DNA of 64,000 nucleotides from Adineta vaga (taxonomy: Eukaryota > Animalia > Rotifera): assembly GCA_021613535.1 (NCBI GenBank), contig CP075492.1, forward strand, positions 13,578,001-13,642,000, in the 5' to 3' direction. Every line of letters starts with the position of its first letter. Within the stretch, counting starts at the first letter, position 1. Of the stretch, positions 1-12,672 are shown piece after piece. Under the pieces are notes generated by a model. The model searched no databases. It had not been told where the DNA came from and saw nothing but the letters and a program-made list of their open reading frames with translations. Position numbers and translations under genes: made by a program.

Positions 1-730
1 AAGTTATTTGATGAATATGAAATGATTGAATAATCATAACGAAAGATCTGTTTAATTATCTCTAGATATTGTGATTAAATATTTCATACTCTGCAGCTTT
101 TTCGTAGATCACATAAACAATGGCTTGATAATAAGCACCTGTCATTCATCTATTCACTTCATTTACGAATATCAATTAATATACAGAAAGATGGGATGTA
201 AATCACATAAGAACTGAATATTATATTCCCATTTATTGTCAATTTTATTACGAAAAACACTTATCTTGTTTATTGACCAGTTAAATATTCAACTTTTGTT
301 AGCAATGGATGATTACATGTATAATGAATGATTTTCTACCAATGTGTTCATTCATATAATTTACTCTTATCAAATTAATCTTTCGTGATTTAATTGTATT
401 ATTGAAGATTATATTGTAAATGTATTGTTACTATCACAACATCTACCAATTGTTTGATAACTTTCTATGATCAAATGAGACGAATGAAATGACACTGTTA
501 GATAAATTCATGATTTCATGGCATATGAATAATGTTAACATCGAAAGCAAACACGTCCGTGACAATTGTTCTTTTCGATTATTTTGTAATTCTCTCATCT
601 AGAGATACATGTCAATTGCTTTAGTAATAAATATATGGTAAGTAAATTAATCGTAGATAATTTATGAAAATTTTGAACATGTAAGTATATTTGATCTAAA
701 TACAAATTGGTATTCCAATGCATTTATCTC

Positions 731-1258
731 TTACATTCCGGCAGGATACTTACACTTTAGATGTTTAATTTGTTTCTGTTGAGCATCAATTTGTTCTTGA
801 AGTTGAACAAATAGAGGTCGAAAAATACTGAAAATACATTTTGTTAAATGATCATTAAGTTCATCTCGTAGTCCTGTCCATGCACATCTCATGTCATTAC
901 ACGGACATGGTATAATGACTTTGGGACACAAACTATCAATATGATCATTGAAGTTAATTCGTTTCAGATTTGTTTCATTACAAATTTTACATTTAATACG
1001 AAGTTCATTAAGTTCCTCAATCAAAAAAGTGTCATCAATGGGAATTAAATTAGTTGTATCCAATAATGGTTGTTGACATGCAGGACATGATTGATTTTGT
1101 TTGATCAAATTTACAATGCAGAGACGACAAAAGATATGTTTCTTTGGTTGACAATCAGTTGATACAGGATCGACAAATGGACTTCTGCAAATTGAACATT
1201 CTAAACGATCATCTATGAATTCCTTATTCATATACACATAATTAATATCAGTTGCCAT
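731..1258 (-). CDS. RING finger + TRAF-type zinc finger protein (putative E3 ligase), short coiled-coil tail
   Basis: C3HC4-like CSIC..DC..HIFCRLC..CPAC, followed by TRAF-ZnF-like C..C/H..C repeats (CKICNE..DHIDSLC, CPC..CAWTG..DHLTKC). Confidence 0.85.
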   Translation of the reverse strand: MATDINYVYMNKEFIDDRLECSICRSPFVDPVSTDCQPKKHIFCRLCIVNLIKQNQSCPACQQPLLDTTNLIPIDDTFLIEELNELRIKCKICNETNLKRINFNDHIDSLCPKVIIPCPCNDMRCAWTGLRDELNDHLTKCIFSIFRPLFVQLQEQIDAQQKQIKHLKCKYPAGM

Positions 1259-1644
1259 TAAGTTTGATAAAAAAAATATAATCTAAACAAATTTAAAATG
1301 ATATCAATGCTGAGTTGATGAGGATTCGAAACTTTTGTTGTTCTCGGAATATAGTCTAATGATGTTTGTCTTTATATTTTGATAAAGAAAGAATCTACGA
1401 GAAAGAAAAAAAAGAAAAGATAAGGATTGAATCGAATACATAAGACTAAAAATGAGTGTATGAATCATATAGAAATCTGTCCAACAGAGTATATAGAAAC
1501 TTGTATGCTTTACTCGTATACGAGAACTATTAACACAATGCATTACATACTTATCATACAAATGATAACAGCATAGAAAGAATGAGTAATTTCATATGAT
1601 TTAACAAAGTGGGAAGAAACATTCAAAGAATAAAATAAAGAATA

Positions 1645-1880
1645 TCAAGTCATGATTTAGGTTTAAATTTTTTGTAATATCACCAGGATGTGAATCATTG
1701 ATGGGAATATGAAGGGTGTGGGTGTAAGTGTCTATCTTCTCTCAATCTTCATCCACACTCGTCACAATAATATCCATATGATTGTAATCGAGACACATTA
1801 TACTAGTTGAAATTTCATTATTAAAATCAGCGATAGTTACAGATCCCACACTGAAATCATTAGTATATGAAACTTTCAAT
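1645..1880 (-). pseudogene. Degenerate FG-GAP/VCBS repeat remnant
   Basis: Minus-strand translation SVTIADFNN..MDIIVT with an in-frame stop. Confidence 0.3.
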
Positions 1881-2084
1881 CAATAAAAAATAGCTTAGAA
1901 TAATTGAATGTTCCTGAATATGTAATTTTAGACATATTTAGTATTGTTTTTCACTAAATATACATGTATATATATATATATAAATATTGAAAAAGATTAC
2001 AATAAATATATACGACGTGTCTGAAAGATCATCTAATTAATTTTGATATTATAAAGAAAGTCGTCATTGAAATTGCAATTGATT

Positions 2085-4693
2085 ATGTGGTGGAATATAA
2101 TAAGATTATTGATAATATCACAATGCATTTTCTGTGAGAAATTATACGATAAAGATAATGATTCTGCGCATGGTATACGTTTTCCTGGAAATGATCAATT
2201 TCTTATTTTTGCAAACAATCTTTTTGCAATACTAAGAATAACATTTCAGCCATTCGGCAAACTGTCGCATGATTGTTCGGTTGTATATCCAATACAAGAT
2301 TCATTTGTATATAGTTTAATTGCGTTATCGACGACTCATACTTCGACAGCAACGAATAAACTACATAAATTTGTGCAAGTTGCTGAAAATATGAATAATC
2401 AAAGTGTGCTTCTCTCTGTTCTCGTTATCAACGAAGCTAATTGTGGTATGTATTGATCTTGTAGTAAAAATAAATATATACAAGCAATTGTTTCTTTTCT
2501 ATTAAGAAATTCATGCTTTAAACAACTTTTCTGTTGTACACGATAGACATCAAGATTATATGCTACTCAAAATGGATTCAGAACAAAAATTTGTCTATCT
2601 ATTTATACCGATTGGTTTATTCTATCGTTTAATATTGATCGTTTGAAAGTATTTGAGAAAGTTGATTTTAAAATATATGCTGGCATGATATTTTATATGC
2701 GTGCCGTGGATATCACTGATGCATACGCCATCCTTGTTGGATTTAGTGCTTATTTGAGGAATACAGATTTGATTACATATGTAGTTCTTCTTTTCACACT
2801 CAATCCAATACAAGTAATATCATGGGTAAATATCAATGATTATCAACCTGTATGGACATCGAGAACATTGATTTACACCGTTGACAGTACCATGTCGATA
2901 GCAATTAATCCGACGTACCGTTTAGCTATTGTGAATATTTTAGTTACTGGATACGTGTTTACACTTTATATAGACAACATCAACCCGAATCCTTTTCAAT
3001 GGAAGTTGAATGTTGCTGGCGTTCTCCGTATCTTGCTGCAGATTTTGGTGTTTATCACTCTGCAGTTTGGCTTAGCGAAAGAACGATTGCCACTTCTTTT
3101 ATAAAAGTTCCGAATCGTCCATGGTCGCTGTCTGAAATCCGGGTGTATGATATTAGCAGTTTATTTTCATATCCTCTTTTTGTTTTTCCAGACAACCAGC
3201 AAACCATTCCGAGTCACTTTCTACCACGATTTCTTCATTTATTTTCTTGGTCTGGCAATGTACTTATACTTACCGATATAAAGATGATGATTTTGATACC
3301 ATTAACTTCATCAGGCTTTACATCTTGATGGCCTATCAATCCGATATTTGGCGATGTTATTTACAGTGTAACACCATGCATTGCTGGAACATATAAAAAT
3401 ACTACTGATATCGGGCCATGCAAAGTTTGTCCACCACAAACAAAGAATCTCGCTGATCGACCATGCAATCAATGTGAACCGTGTGCATCAACTTCTTTCT
3501 GTTCACTTGGAGCTATTGGTGATGTTTCTATAAAAGATTATCCATCCTATACTCAAACATTTCATGTCCTGATTCACCTGATATGAATAATTATGATGAT
3601 CTTCTTGTGCACAGAATTCTGACAATTGCCAAATTACGTCGTTGTATAATTATTTCTCCATTTGTTTGGGCAATAATTATCATTATATTATGTTTTATTA
3701 TTTGGCTTTTAATGATTGTATAAAAAAAATTTGATTGTCCTAAAGGATATTCTTATCAAAAGAGACTTACAATGTTCTTTAAAAAAACAAATATTATCAA
3801 TCATGATGAACATTGGGTCGGCGGTCTATTTTCATTTGCTTGTGCTGTTCTTTTTGGTTTTACCTGTTGGTTTGCTTTTGAATTCTTATCACTTTATTCA
3901 TTTGAAACCTCTCATACATCTTATTTTTCATGTGAAGATACCGTAACTAATAGCCTATTTGAAAGTGCATTACAATTACCCTTATCAAGTCCAGATGGTC
4001 ATCAATGGGCCATCATTGATATGCTTGATAATCAACTACTTACAATGACGGTAGATTTATTAAATACAGCAGTTAACTGTTCCGATATCACAGTTCAACA
4101 AAACATACCTGAAATGGCATACGTGTTACTAGCTCATAAATCGTGCATAGTACAACGAGACAATGTTACACGTTCGATAACTTTTGATTTACCAATTCAT
4201 CTTATAAATATACAAATCAATACTACTGGACCTTATTTTATTGGTGGAATACGATTATGTCTTCGTGGTCTAGGTCGTATTGAAGGTGTACATACATTAC
4301 AAACACTTGATACATGTCATTTAGTTTTACCAAAAAATGAGACATTATTGCATATAACGACATGTGATATAGCAATGATTAAAGTTATTAATTTAACTAA
4401 ACCATTAAATATTGGTAATGATATACTTTATCATGGACGATGGTCTCTATCTTTTGCTAAAATTTCTTTATCCAATGCACTATTTTATGAACCATGGACA
4501 AAATGTTCGATATCAGAATAAAGATACTATATTAAAAATTACATTGAGTGAACAACCGTTTTATCTTCAAAATATTCAACAACCAATTGTTCGTAAAGCT
4601 GAATTAACTTTTCATACATTACTATTTTGTACACGATTATTGAACTATTTTCTATTGGTTTTCTTCTTTTTAAGCTTATCGTTGTACCAATGA
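2085..4693 (+). pseudogene. Disrupted paralog of the multi-pass Cys-rich ectodomain gene at 6695-9577
   Basis: Shares motifs with the paralog (CIAGTYKNT..PCKVC, FCSLGA, WVGGLFSF, QNIQQPIVR). Has frameshifts near 2600, 3003, 3565, 3760 and 4495 and an in-frame TGA at 3326-3328. Intron ~2447-2506. Confidence 0.8.
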
Positions 4694-4800
4694 TTCATGC
4701 TACTATTCATTGCTTTCATCGTTCACAACCAAGTGACAATATAGAGACAGTATCATTATGATTATATATGAAATATATTTGTCTTTTTTATTGAATAAAA

Positions 4801-5433
4801 TTAAAATAAAAGATTTGGAATAACAAGAAGAATCTTACTTCGTGCCTTTTCGACTGATATATTAGCAGCTGTAGCAAACATTCGTGTAACAAATGATTGA
4901 CAATTCATTTTACCTCCAACAGCAATAAAGAGTCGATATTCACGATCTTCAAATGATTTAGCATAAATCCTCAATTGTTCGGCATCAAAATCAGGTAATT
5001 CTTTTTGAATCAAAAACCATGTATATTCTTTACAATCTCTCTCATAAAACGCATTTTTTTCTGTTTTTGAGCTGATACGAATTTTAATATTATGATCTTT
5101 ATCGACACCTAATTGATAAATAATTCCATTTATCTGAATACACCAATGAAATCCATCAATGCCAGGACTAATATTGAGAGCAAGTGGTTGATTGAAAAGA
5201 GCTCGTCTTCCAATCCAAGCACCTTCTTCAAGACTATGAGTTGCATTTTGTATACCATGCACTAAATTCTTGGGTATTCTCAATGGATTTAAGTCTGCCA
5301 AATCAAATTCAATCGAATGTTTTGCTTCAGATTTATCACCTTTAGCTGCGTAAACAACGCCTCGTACAGCTCCATATGCATGACCTACAACAGGGACAGC
5401 TTTGATTATATTAAATGCTTTTCTTTCTGCCAT
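4801..5433 (-). CDS. Permuted papain-like (PPPDE/LRAT/NlpC-P60-type) Cys hydrolase-like protein
   Basis: FHWCIQI..YQL (His) precedes Y......NCQSF (Cys), the permuted order. Intronless, 210 aa. Confidence 0.65.
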   Translation of the reverse strand: MAERKAFNIIKAVPVVGHAYGAVRGVVYAAKGDKSEAKHSIEFDLADLNPLRIPKNLVHGIQNATHSLEEGAWIGRRALFNQPLALNISPGIDGFHWCIQINGIIYQLGVDKDHNIKIRISSKTEKNAFYERDCKEYTWFLIQKELPDFDAEQLRIYAKSFEDREYRLFIAVGGKMNCQSFVTRMFATAANISVEKARSKILLVIPNLLF

Positions 5434-5762
5434 GTGATTGTTTTCTCCTTCTTGATTTAAAAGACCTAACAGCTATAGAAATCTTTCGGAAGAACACAAG
5501 AGCTTTCACTTTATCAACACTCCTGATATGAATATAGACAGAGAAAAAAAACTAATGTGTCAAAGAAAGAGAATACAGAGCAAACAGATAATGACATGAT
5601 ACATTTCGAAAGTGTATGTATATGGATAGTCGATATTGATCTCCGTTATACTTTCATCCGATTTTCTCACATAATAGATATTGTGCTTTAATTTAAAACT
5701 TATCAAGAAAGCAATTATAGAATCACGATACATAATAATACATATGAAAGTTAAAGTCGATG

Positions 5763-6420
5763 CTAAAAGAGAAAGTGTTTGATTTCATTGCGAAATGTTT
5801 TTGAGACAAATAAATTGGTATAACATTCCACACAAAATGGAATAAAATTGATAAATCTTGCGATATTTACTACGACAGTTTCAATTTGAGTTTGCCGATA
5901 ACTTTTCCCATTACATTGAGTTATTTGTTGATACATAAGAACAATTAAAATCATCAAACTAAATATAAGATAAGCACTAATACTGATAAGCATAATATGA
6001 ATCAGTTGCATTTCTCCTGAACTGAAATCACCTCTTGGTAATCCGTTTCTTGAAAAAACCATAACATCAGCTCGTATTCGACGAATATTTTTTACAGACC
6101 ATAAGCCGAATACAATCATAAGTACAGGTACTAGAATTCCTTTCAGAATAAGTGAATAATAGACTATGTACCTTCCAATAACTTTGGTCCAAGGTAACAT
6201 ACGAAATAATTCGGTACAACTTTTACAAGCTTTGGTAATATAAAACCATAACTATGCGCTAATATCCAAAGTAATGTTACAGTAATAATACCTATAAGCC
6301 AGATGACGGGTACCTTTTCTTCCAGTTAGGGCATTTGGTGAAGTAATTAATATTCGATCAATCGATGCTAGAATTAAATAGCAGGGTGGTAAAATATCAA
6401 CGAGTATTGTAATATAAAAG
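5763..6420 (-). pseudogene. Rhodopsin-like GPCR fragment (TM3-TM7), disrupted
   Basis: Upstream translation gives YLILASIDRILITS (DRY-equivalent). The ORF ends ..YTNLFVSKTFRNEI. Frame is broken near 6290 and the N-terminus is missing. Confidence 0.7.
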
Positions 6421-6694
6421 TAAAATGAATAAATTACGATGAAATTGACTCGTTAGACGCTTCTCGAAATATGACGTAAATGATACAGACAATTAGATTT
6501 AGTCGAATATAAAGTAGGAATATAGAAAGTTTTCGTAGTGTTCTATAAATCAACATCTGAACGGCTTGAGAAATTTTTTGAACTGAGAAAAGGATTTAAT
6601 TCATTAAGATACAAATAAATTACAATACATGTACACGCATCACAATCAGTAATACAATTAAAAAAAGAAAATATCATATAAACAGGTTTATTCT

Positions 6695-9577
6695 TCATAG
6701 ATCAACTTCGATTACATCGTGATTTATTGCTGTTATTTCACTGTAATCATCTGTGTCTGTTGTTGCATCATGAGTATCTGTTGTCTTAACATAATTAATA
6801 CGTTGTATATTTGCTAATAGAATGTTCTTTTTTCTCTGAATATGTTTTATAATAATCCTCAATAGAGGAATAAGTGTTAGTTTAAACAATAAAGTACTGA
6901 AACGAAATAATTCCAAGCAAACCATTGTAAAAAGAAGATTATCAAAGATGATTTCTCGTACTTTAGCAATAGGTGATTGACGATTTTTAATATAATATGA
7001 TGCTTCTTTTATTACAACAGTTAATTTTGTCGATGTAAGATTAGTTGATAATGCATATTCTTCGGCGGTAACAAACATTTGATTATCATTTGCTATCAAT
7101 GATGGATACCAAATTCCCGAAAATTTTGATATACGACCTCTAAGTGGTTCCGTTTCATTTACTGCCTATTTGATTTGAATTAAAATTAAAACAAAACTTC
7201 TATACAATGCGATAAAAAAACAAATAGATAATTACCTTGGTTAATTCCAAAGTGACAGTCGCTGTTTGAGCTAATGTTCCATTTGAACAATCATGTAATG
7301 TTCCACTAAAATTCAGTTCGCGTAAATTATAAAGTTCATGTTTTTCCTCACGACCGTAAAGGCGAATGCGTACACCACCTATTAAAGCAATATCGTTAAG
7401 AATCCATGTGATGATCTCTTTTTGATGTGTTAATTTAATCATAGCAGATAATATTCCTGATGAATTTGTACACTCGAACATCAGATTTGTCGTTGCTGAT
7501 CCAAGAGTTTGTTGAACAGCCAAATTTTCACATGAAGCTGCAGTATTTAATAAATCCAAATGAAGAGTAAAATGTTGTTTGTTAAGTAGATCAAATATGG
7601 GTTGTTCTTCTGGTGCTATTGGAATTGTAAGTGATTGTAGGCCACTTTCATATTTTACATTACGTACAACTTCATCACAAGAGAATGTCGGTGGAGCACT
7701 ATTATCAGATGGATATTCTCTATAAAAAGCTGCCGAAAATGTATAAGCAAAAATGAGAAGAACAGCAATAGCAAATGAAACCAATCCACCAATCCACATT
7801 TCACCTTCACTCTAATAATGGAAAGAAAATATAAGATCAAATATTTGCAAAAAATACGAACAATAAGATCTGTTTGTCGAAAGATGACCTTCACATGATT
7901 GCGTATTTGTTCACTTCGAGGATGTTTAACGTATTGTTTGAGTATCATCATAAAAAGCACAATAACAACAACAAAACCAACAACAAGTAAAACCCAAAAA
8001 AGTGGTGAATTTACTAAACAATGATCACTTGTACCCGTTGAAAACATTTTTTGAAGAAGAACTTCATCGAACGCAGTCACTTCCGACGACCGTGGATAAA
8101 CATATGCTGATGATTGTGGAATAAGAACACTTCTAGGAATATCAATAACAGCTCCTAGTGGACAAAATCTGTCCGATGCACAAGTAAGACACGAATTTGC
8201 AGGAATATCTCCAGGATTATAAAAACCATTGGAACAAGGAGTACATGGAAAAACACTAGTATCCTTTTTGTATGTACCTGCTGGACATTTAATTGGTGTA
8301 CTAGTAAAAAGTATTGAATCGGTAGTAATTAAACCAGTTGATGCATAATATCCTGGTGGTGCAGGTGAAATAAGAAGAATTTCACTATTAATTGCAAGTA
8401 TAACAATTGATTTAGGTGTTGAAATCATTCGGATAAAACGAGTATTTATGGTTATTGGTAATGGTTGATAAATATTTGGAAAAATAACAGTAGGTAATGA
8501 TGGTAAAATTTTATTATCAAATGGTTTATATAAATAAATTTTTGATGATACATCAGTAATATAATTTGAATGTAGAATTGCTACTTCGGAATTTGACAAC
8601 CAAGCAACACTTTTGCCAAAACCTACAGAATTTCCATTATCAACAAAACTATGCAATGTTAAACTATTTCCATTTGAACTAACAATTAATAAAAATACAA
8701 TATTAAGAAATGGCATACCAACAAGAACTTGACTGGGATCATCAGAATTAATATTCACCGACATAACATATTTATTTGACCATTTTTTAAGATTAGAATA
8801 AGTCAAGAGAGATTGCCAAGAATTAATTACAGCTGTAAAAGACCATGTTGATAGAATAGTTAAATTTGAATTAGAAATAACATAGACAGCTGGTGTTGCA
8901 CGTACTCGAAATAAAGGACCATTCATAACAAAACCACTAACGATTGTATAAGAAGTACTTGTATCAGATGCTGTTGGTACAAATATTGTATCATTAGGCC
9001 ATACAAGACTACTATTTCTAATCGTTATCATATTCTTAGAAAATGGATGATAACTAAAAATGAAATCTTTTGCTAAACCAATTGCATATTGACCGTAAGG
9101 TTCAACAGAAAAGACAAAGAATTCTTGATATTCATAAGACGAAATGACTTGAAGAGATTGATATTCATAAGCACTGCAATTGATTAATTCTGATGGATCT
9201 TCAAAATTCTTCAGATTCAATATTCCAATAAAGATATTACTATGTTCAGACGTAACAGTAGTCAAAATATTTTTCGAATCAATTTTACCAGCATAAAAGA
9301 AATATTTTTGATTGGAATTTTGTTTCTCACCAATATCAACTGAATATACATATTGAATTGGATCATCGTACATAATCGCACATTGTCGTGTATCAGATGA
9401 CGAATTAAATGGAGCATATCGAATAAGAAATATCTGAGAATCAGTTAAAACTTCAACTAACATATCATTATTGCCAGTTATTTTCAAACCATATGCATCA
9501 TAATCAGAAGCTAAAGGCGAAAATTCACTAAAACTACGGTCAGTTGTCACTATGATAATAAACAATAATAAATACAT
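6695..9577 (-). CDS. Signal-peptide, beta-rich + Cys-rich ectodomain, 3-TM membrane protein (lineage-specific family); 3 coding exons
   Basis: ORFs 7655-9577, 7200-7799 and 6695-7099 join through introns at ~7813-7862 and ~7167-7236. Contains CPAGTYK..PCTPC..C..C repeats and hydrophobic segments. 5'UTR intron at ~9578-9750. Confidence 0.8.
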
Positions 9578-10863
9578 CTGGAAAAAAAAGGAATTTTCTA
9601 GTCGAAGTCAAAGTTATTAACATCTTATTCAATTCAATCGGAATATTTCTCATTTAAATATCTATCATGATCTATTACTGTTTAATTTTCTTTTTATTAT
9701 TCGCATCAGTCAATTTAACATAAGTAAATCTAAGGAGAAAAGAAACTTACCTTCTACGATAAAATAAATATCTATATTGTACAATTTGGACGTTTGTATA
9801 TCATAGAAAGAGAACAGCGTTCAACCGTGACGTCATATATAGTAGAATAAGAAGGTCATTAGAGAAGAGAACAGTAAACGTATTCGCCTAGACAATAATG
9901 TCTATGTCTTGACTTTAGTTGAATATAGAAAGATAATATAAAAGAAAGAGACATATTGAAGGGAAGGATATAGGGTTTTTTAGGTACTAATACTTCTAAA
10001 AGCAATTGTTATTGACATGAAGTAGTCCATATATGATTAAATGATGTCGACAGTCGTATCGAACATTGTTTTGTAAGAAGTTATTTAAACTATTTGTTTT
10101 TCATCGTCAATCTACTTCTGACTTTCATTATTATTAAATATAGTAGTGATAGTTTATCGAAAAAGAAGATTAATTATCTACACAAACTTTTGTCAATTAA
10201 TATTTTTCTTCTTTTTAATCGTTAATGATTTTAAAACTTAAATATTAAACTAATCTATGATCAATGTTCAATGTTATTTGGATTATGTTCATAACTCACG
10301 TGAAAGTAGTCAAAATGAATTGAGCGAACAACTTCTAAAGAGCACTGATATAAATTTGAGTAACATAAACAGAAAGAAGATCATTGGTTGAATTTCCATG
10401 AAAATAATCGAACTTATGAATTTTGATATGAAACTGTATGGCAATATGAAATCTGAGACAAACTAGCTTAGATATAGGCAAATATTGGTGTCCTAACAGT
10501 TAGTATTCGTAGTCAATATAATAGTTTCAAATGTGTAATAAATGAAAGCGTATCTTTAGACCATCGTGAATAATACAGAAACATTTTGAAAGTGTAAGTG
10601 TAGTTATTAGTTGAATCTTTATATCTCAAATGTATTTATATTTTATATTAAATTCGATTTATAATAAAATATTCTTTGTCTTTGTAATTTAAGATTTATT
10701 AAATTAATTGTATTTTGTTTCGAACTTCTCATCATAACAGATAAATATACATTAAAAATTAGAGAGATTATCTTAAAAAAGTTCAGAAAAAAAAGAAAAC
10801 AATAATTTAGTAAATAGTTCACATGAGTTGGATAAAGTTCTTTCATTCGTATATATTCCTATT

Positions 10864-11874
10864 TTAGAAAGGTGTTAGTAGATTTTGAATTAATGATTCT
10901 GAATCATTTGTAAGCCTTTGATACCAAACAATCGTATCTCTCGATTGAAATTCACACCAAATTACCGATGTATAATCAGCACCAAAGAAACTATACTGTG
11001 AATAATTATAAGCCATGCTAAAAACAAGACTACCGAACACTTGTACACCAACAAGACAATGTGTTCCAAAGAATTTCCAAAAATAAATACATCCACAACC
11101 TTCACATTGCCTAAAAGCATTAACAACAATAGTAATAAATGTTGCATAGATAAGAACAAGTGCAGCTAAGAGAGGAAATAAAACCCAACTATAAGCAATT
11201 AACATAGGTAAAACATTACTAATCAAAAATGGAATAAATGCTAAGAATACAAGTGAATTAAGAACAATAGTTATAATTAATAAAGTCCATTTAACATAAT
11301 TCATCGCATTTGATTTCACTTTATTTTTTGGATCTTCTTTACCTGCTTTAATCATATTTGCAAGTTGAATAAAAGCTTCAATAAGTACTGCTATGATACT
11401 GGGTAAAACAAAATTGAATAGTTGATAACCAAATGCATTATAACATCTCCATCCTGTAGCATTTGCAGCAGTCGAACATTTGGTTTGCAAATAAATTGCA
11501 TAACCAAAATGACCCATAGAAATCATAGAAAGAATAAAATCGAGTATACTATATTTTGGAAGTGATACTCCTACAAGATATTCAACATATTATTACTGAA
11601 TTACACTCTTTGACATACCTGTCCGTTTAGTTCCGAGAATGGAAAGTTCAAGAGCAATATAAATATGTTTCTTTTTCTTTTTACATGCCGAATCAATTAA
11701 ACTATAGAGTCGTTGTAGTAATTGAAGAAAAAGTAATTCCACGATAATTAACCAATAAGGTTGAATTTCGAAACTAATAAAATTGCCAAGAACAGGATTA
11801 CCTATTGTTTTATAATAAGATGAAGTAGTACCCATATCGATGAGATTTATATCTTGATCTCTAGAATAAATCAA
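10864..11874 (-). CDS. Uncharacterised multi-pass membrane protein (5' end uncertain, possibly disrupted near 11950)
   Basis: ORFs 11593-11874 and 10864-11526 join in frame through a GTATGT..TAG intron at ~11572-11618. About 6 hydrophobic segments. Confidence 0.6.
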
Positions 11875-12672
11875 TCAAGATATATGAACAAAACATTTTC
11901 GAGTAACTGTGCAGATATTAGAAGTTTAAAAATCTTGTCTGCACTAGCATTCGATCTCAACAACATTAAAGAACAAACTGTAACAAGATAAAATTAAAAA
12001 TACTCCATCACGCCAGTATAGAAGAAAGAAAAGAGAATCTGTTTAATGAATAATGATCTAAGCAACTGATTATCGAATATAATATTTAGTTCATAAGCCC
12101 TGAAGGTGTAATACGGCAACAACTTCTGACTTATTCGATGCCGGCATGTAAATCTCGTATAGGTGATTGTTATAATAATGAAACGAAACTTGAATATATT
12201 GCGATCGAATTTTTTCTCTTTCTGTGTTACACATCAGAAGCAAAACCTGACATTTTGTGCAATGAATTTTTCTGTTGTTGTTGTTATTAACGAATGTTTT
12301 TGCAAATATATTTCATTCAAAATCGAAGAAAACAGAGAAAAATAAGAGTTTTGATTGACTTCCCACGCAGAAGGTCAATCTTCTACTGAGAAGAAAAAAG
12401 AAATGTGTTTTTTTTTATTACAAAGAAAATGTTGAATGAGTGGCAAGAAACCATGCTTTTCAAATATGCAAAATATACCGATCACATCTTGATATTCTAT
12501 ATAATGTACAGATTTTCTGATCTACGATAGGAGAGGAAACCACATTTTTTTCTTAAAATATGTTCTATGAATGAGTTTCTTGGGTTTTACCTAGCTATTT
12601 ATTTAACCATCAAAGATGTACAAAAAAAATCTTGTAACAAATCAATCAAATATTTCTGAAATAAATGATAAT

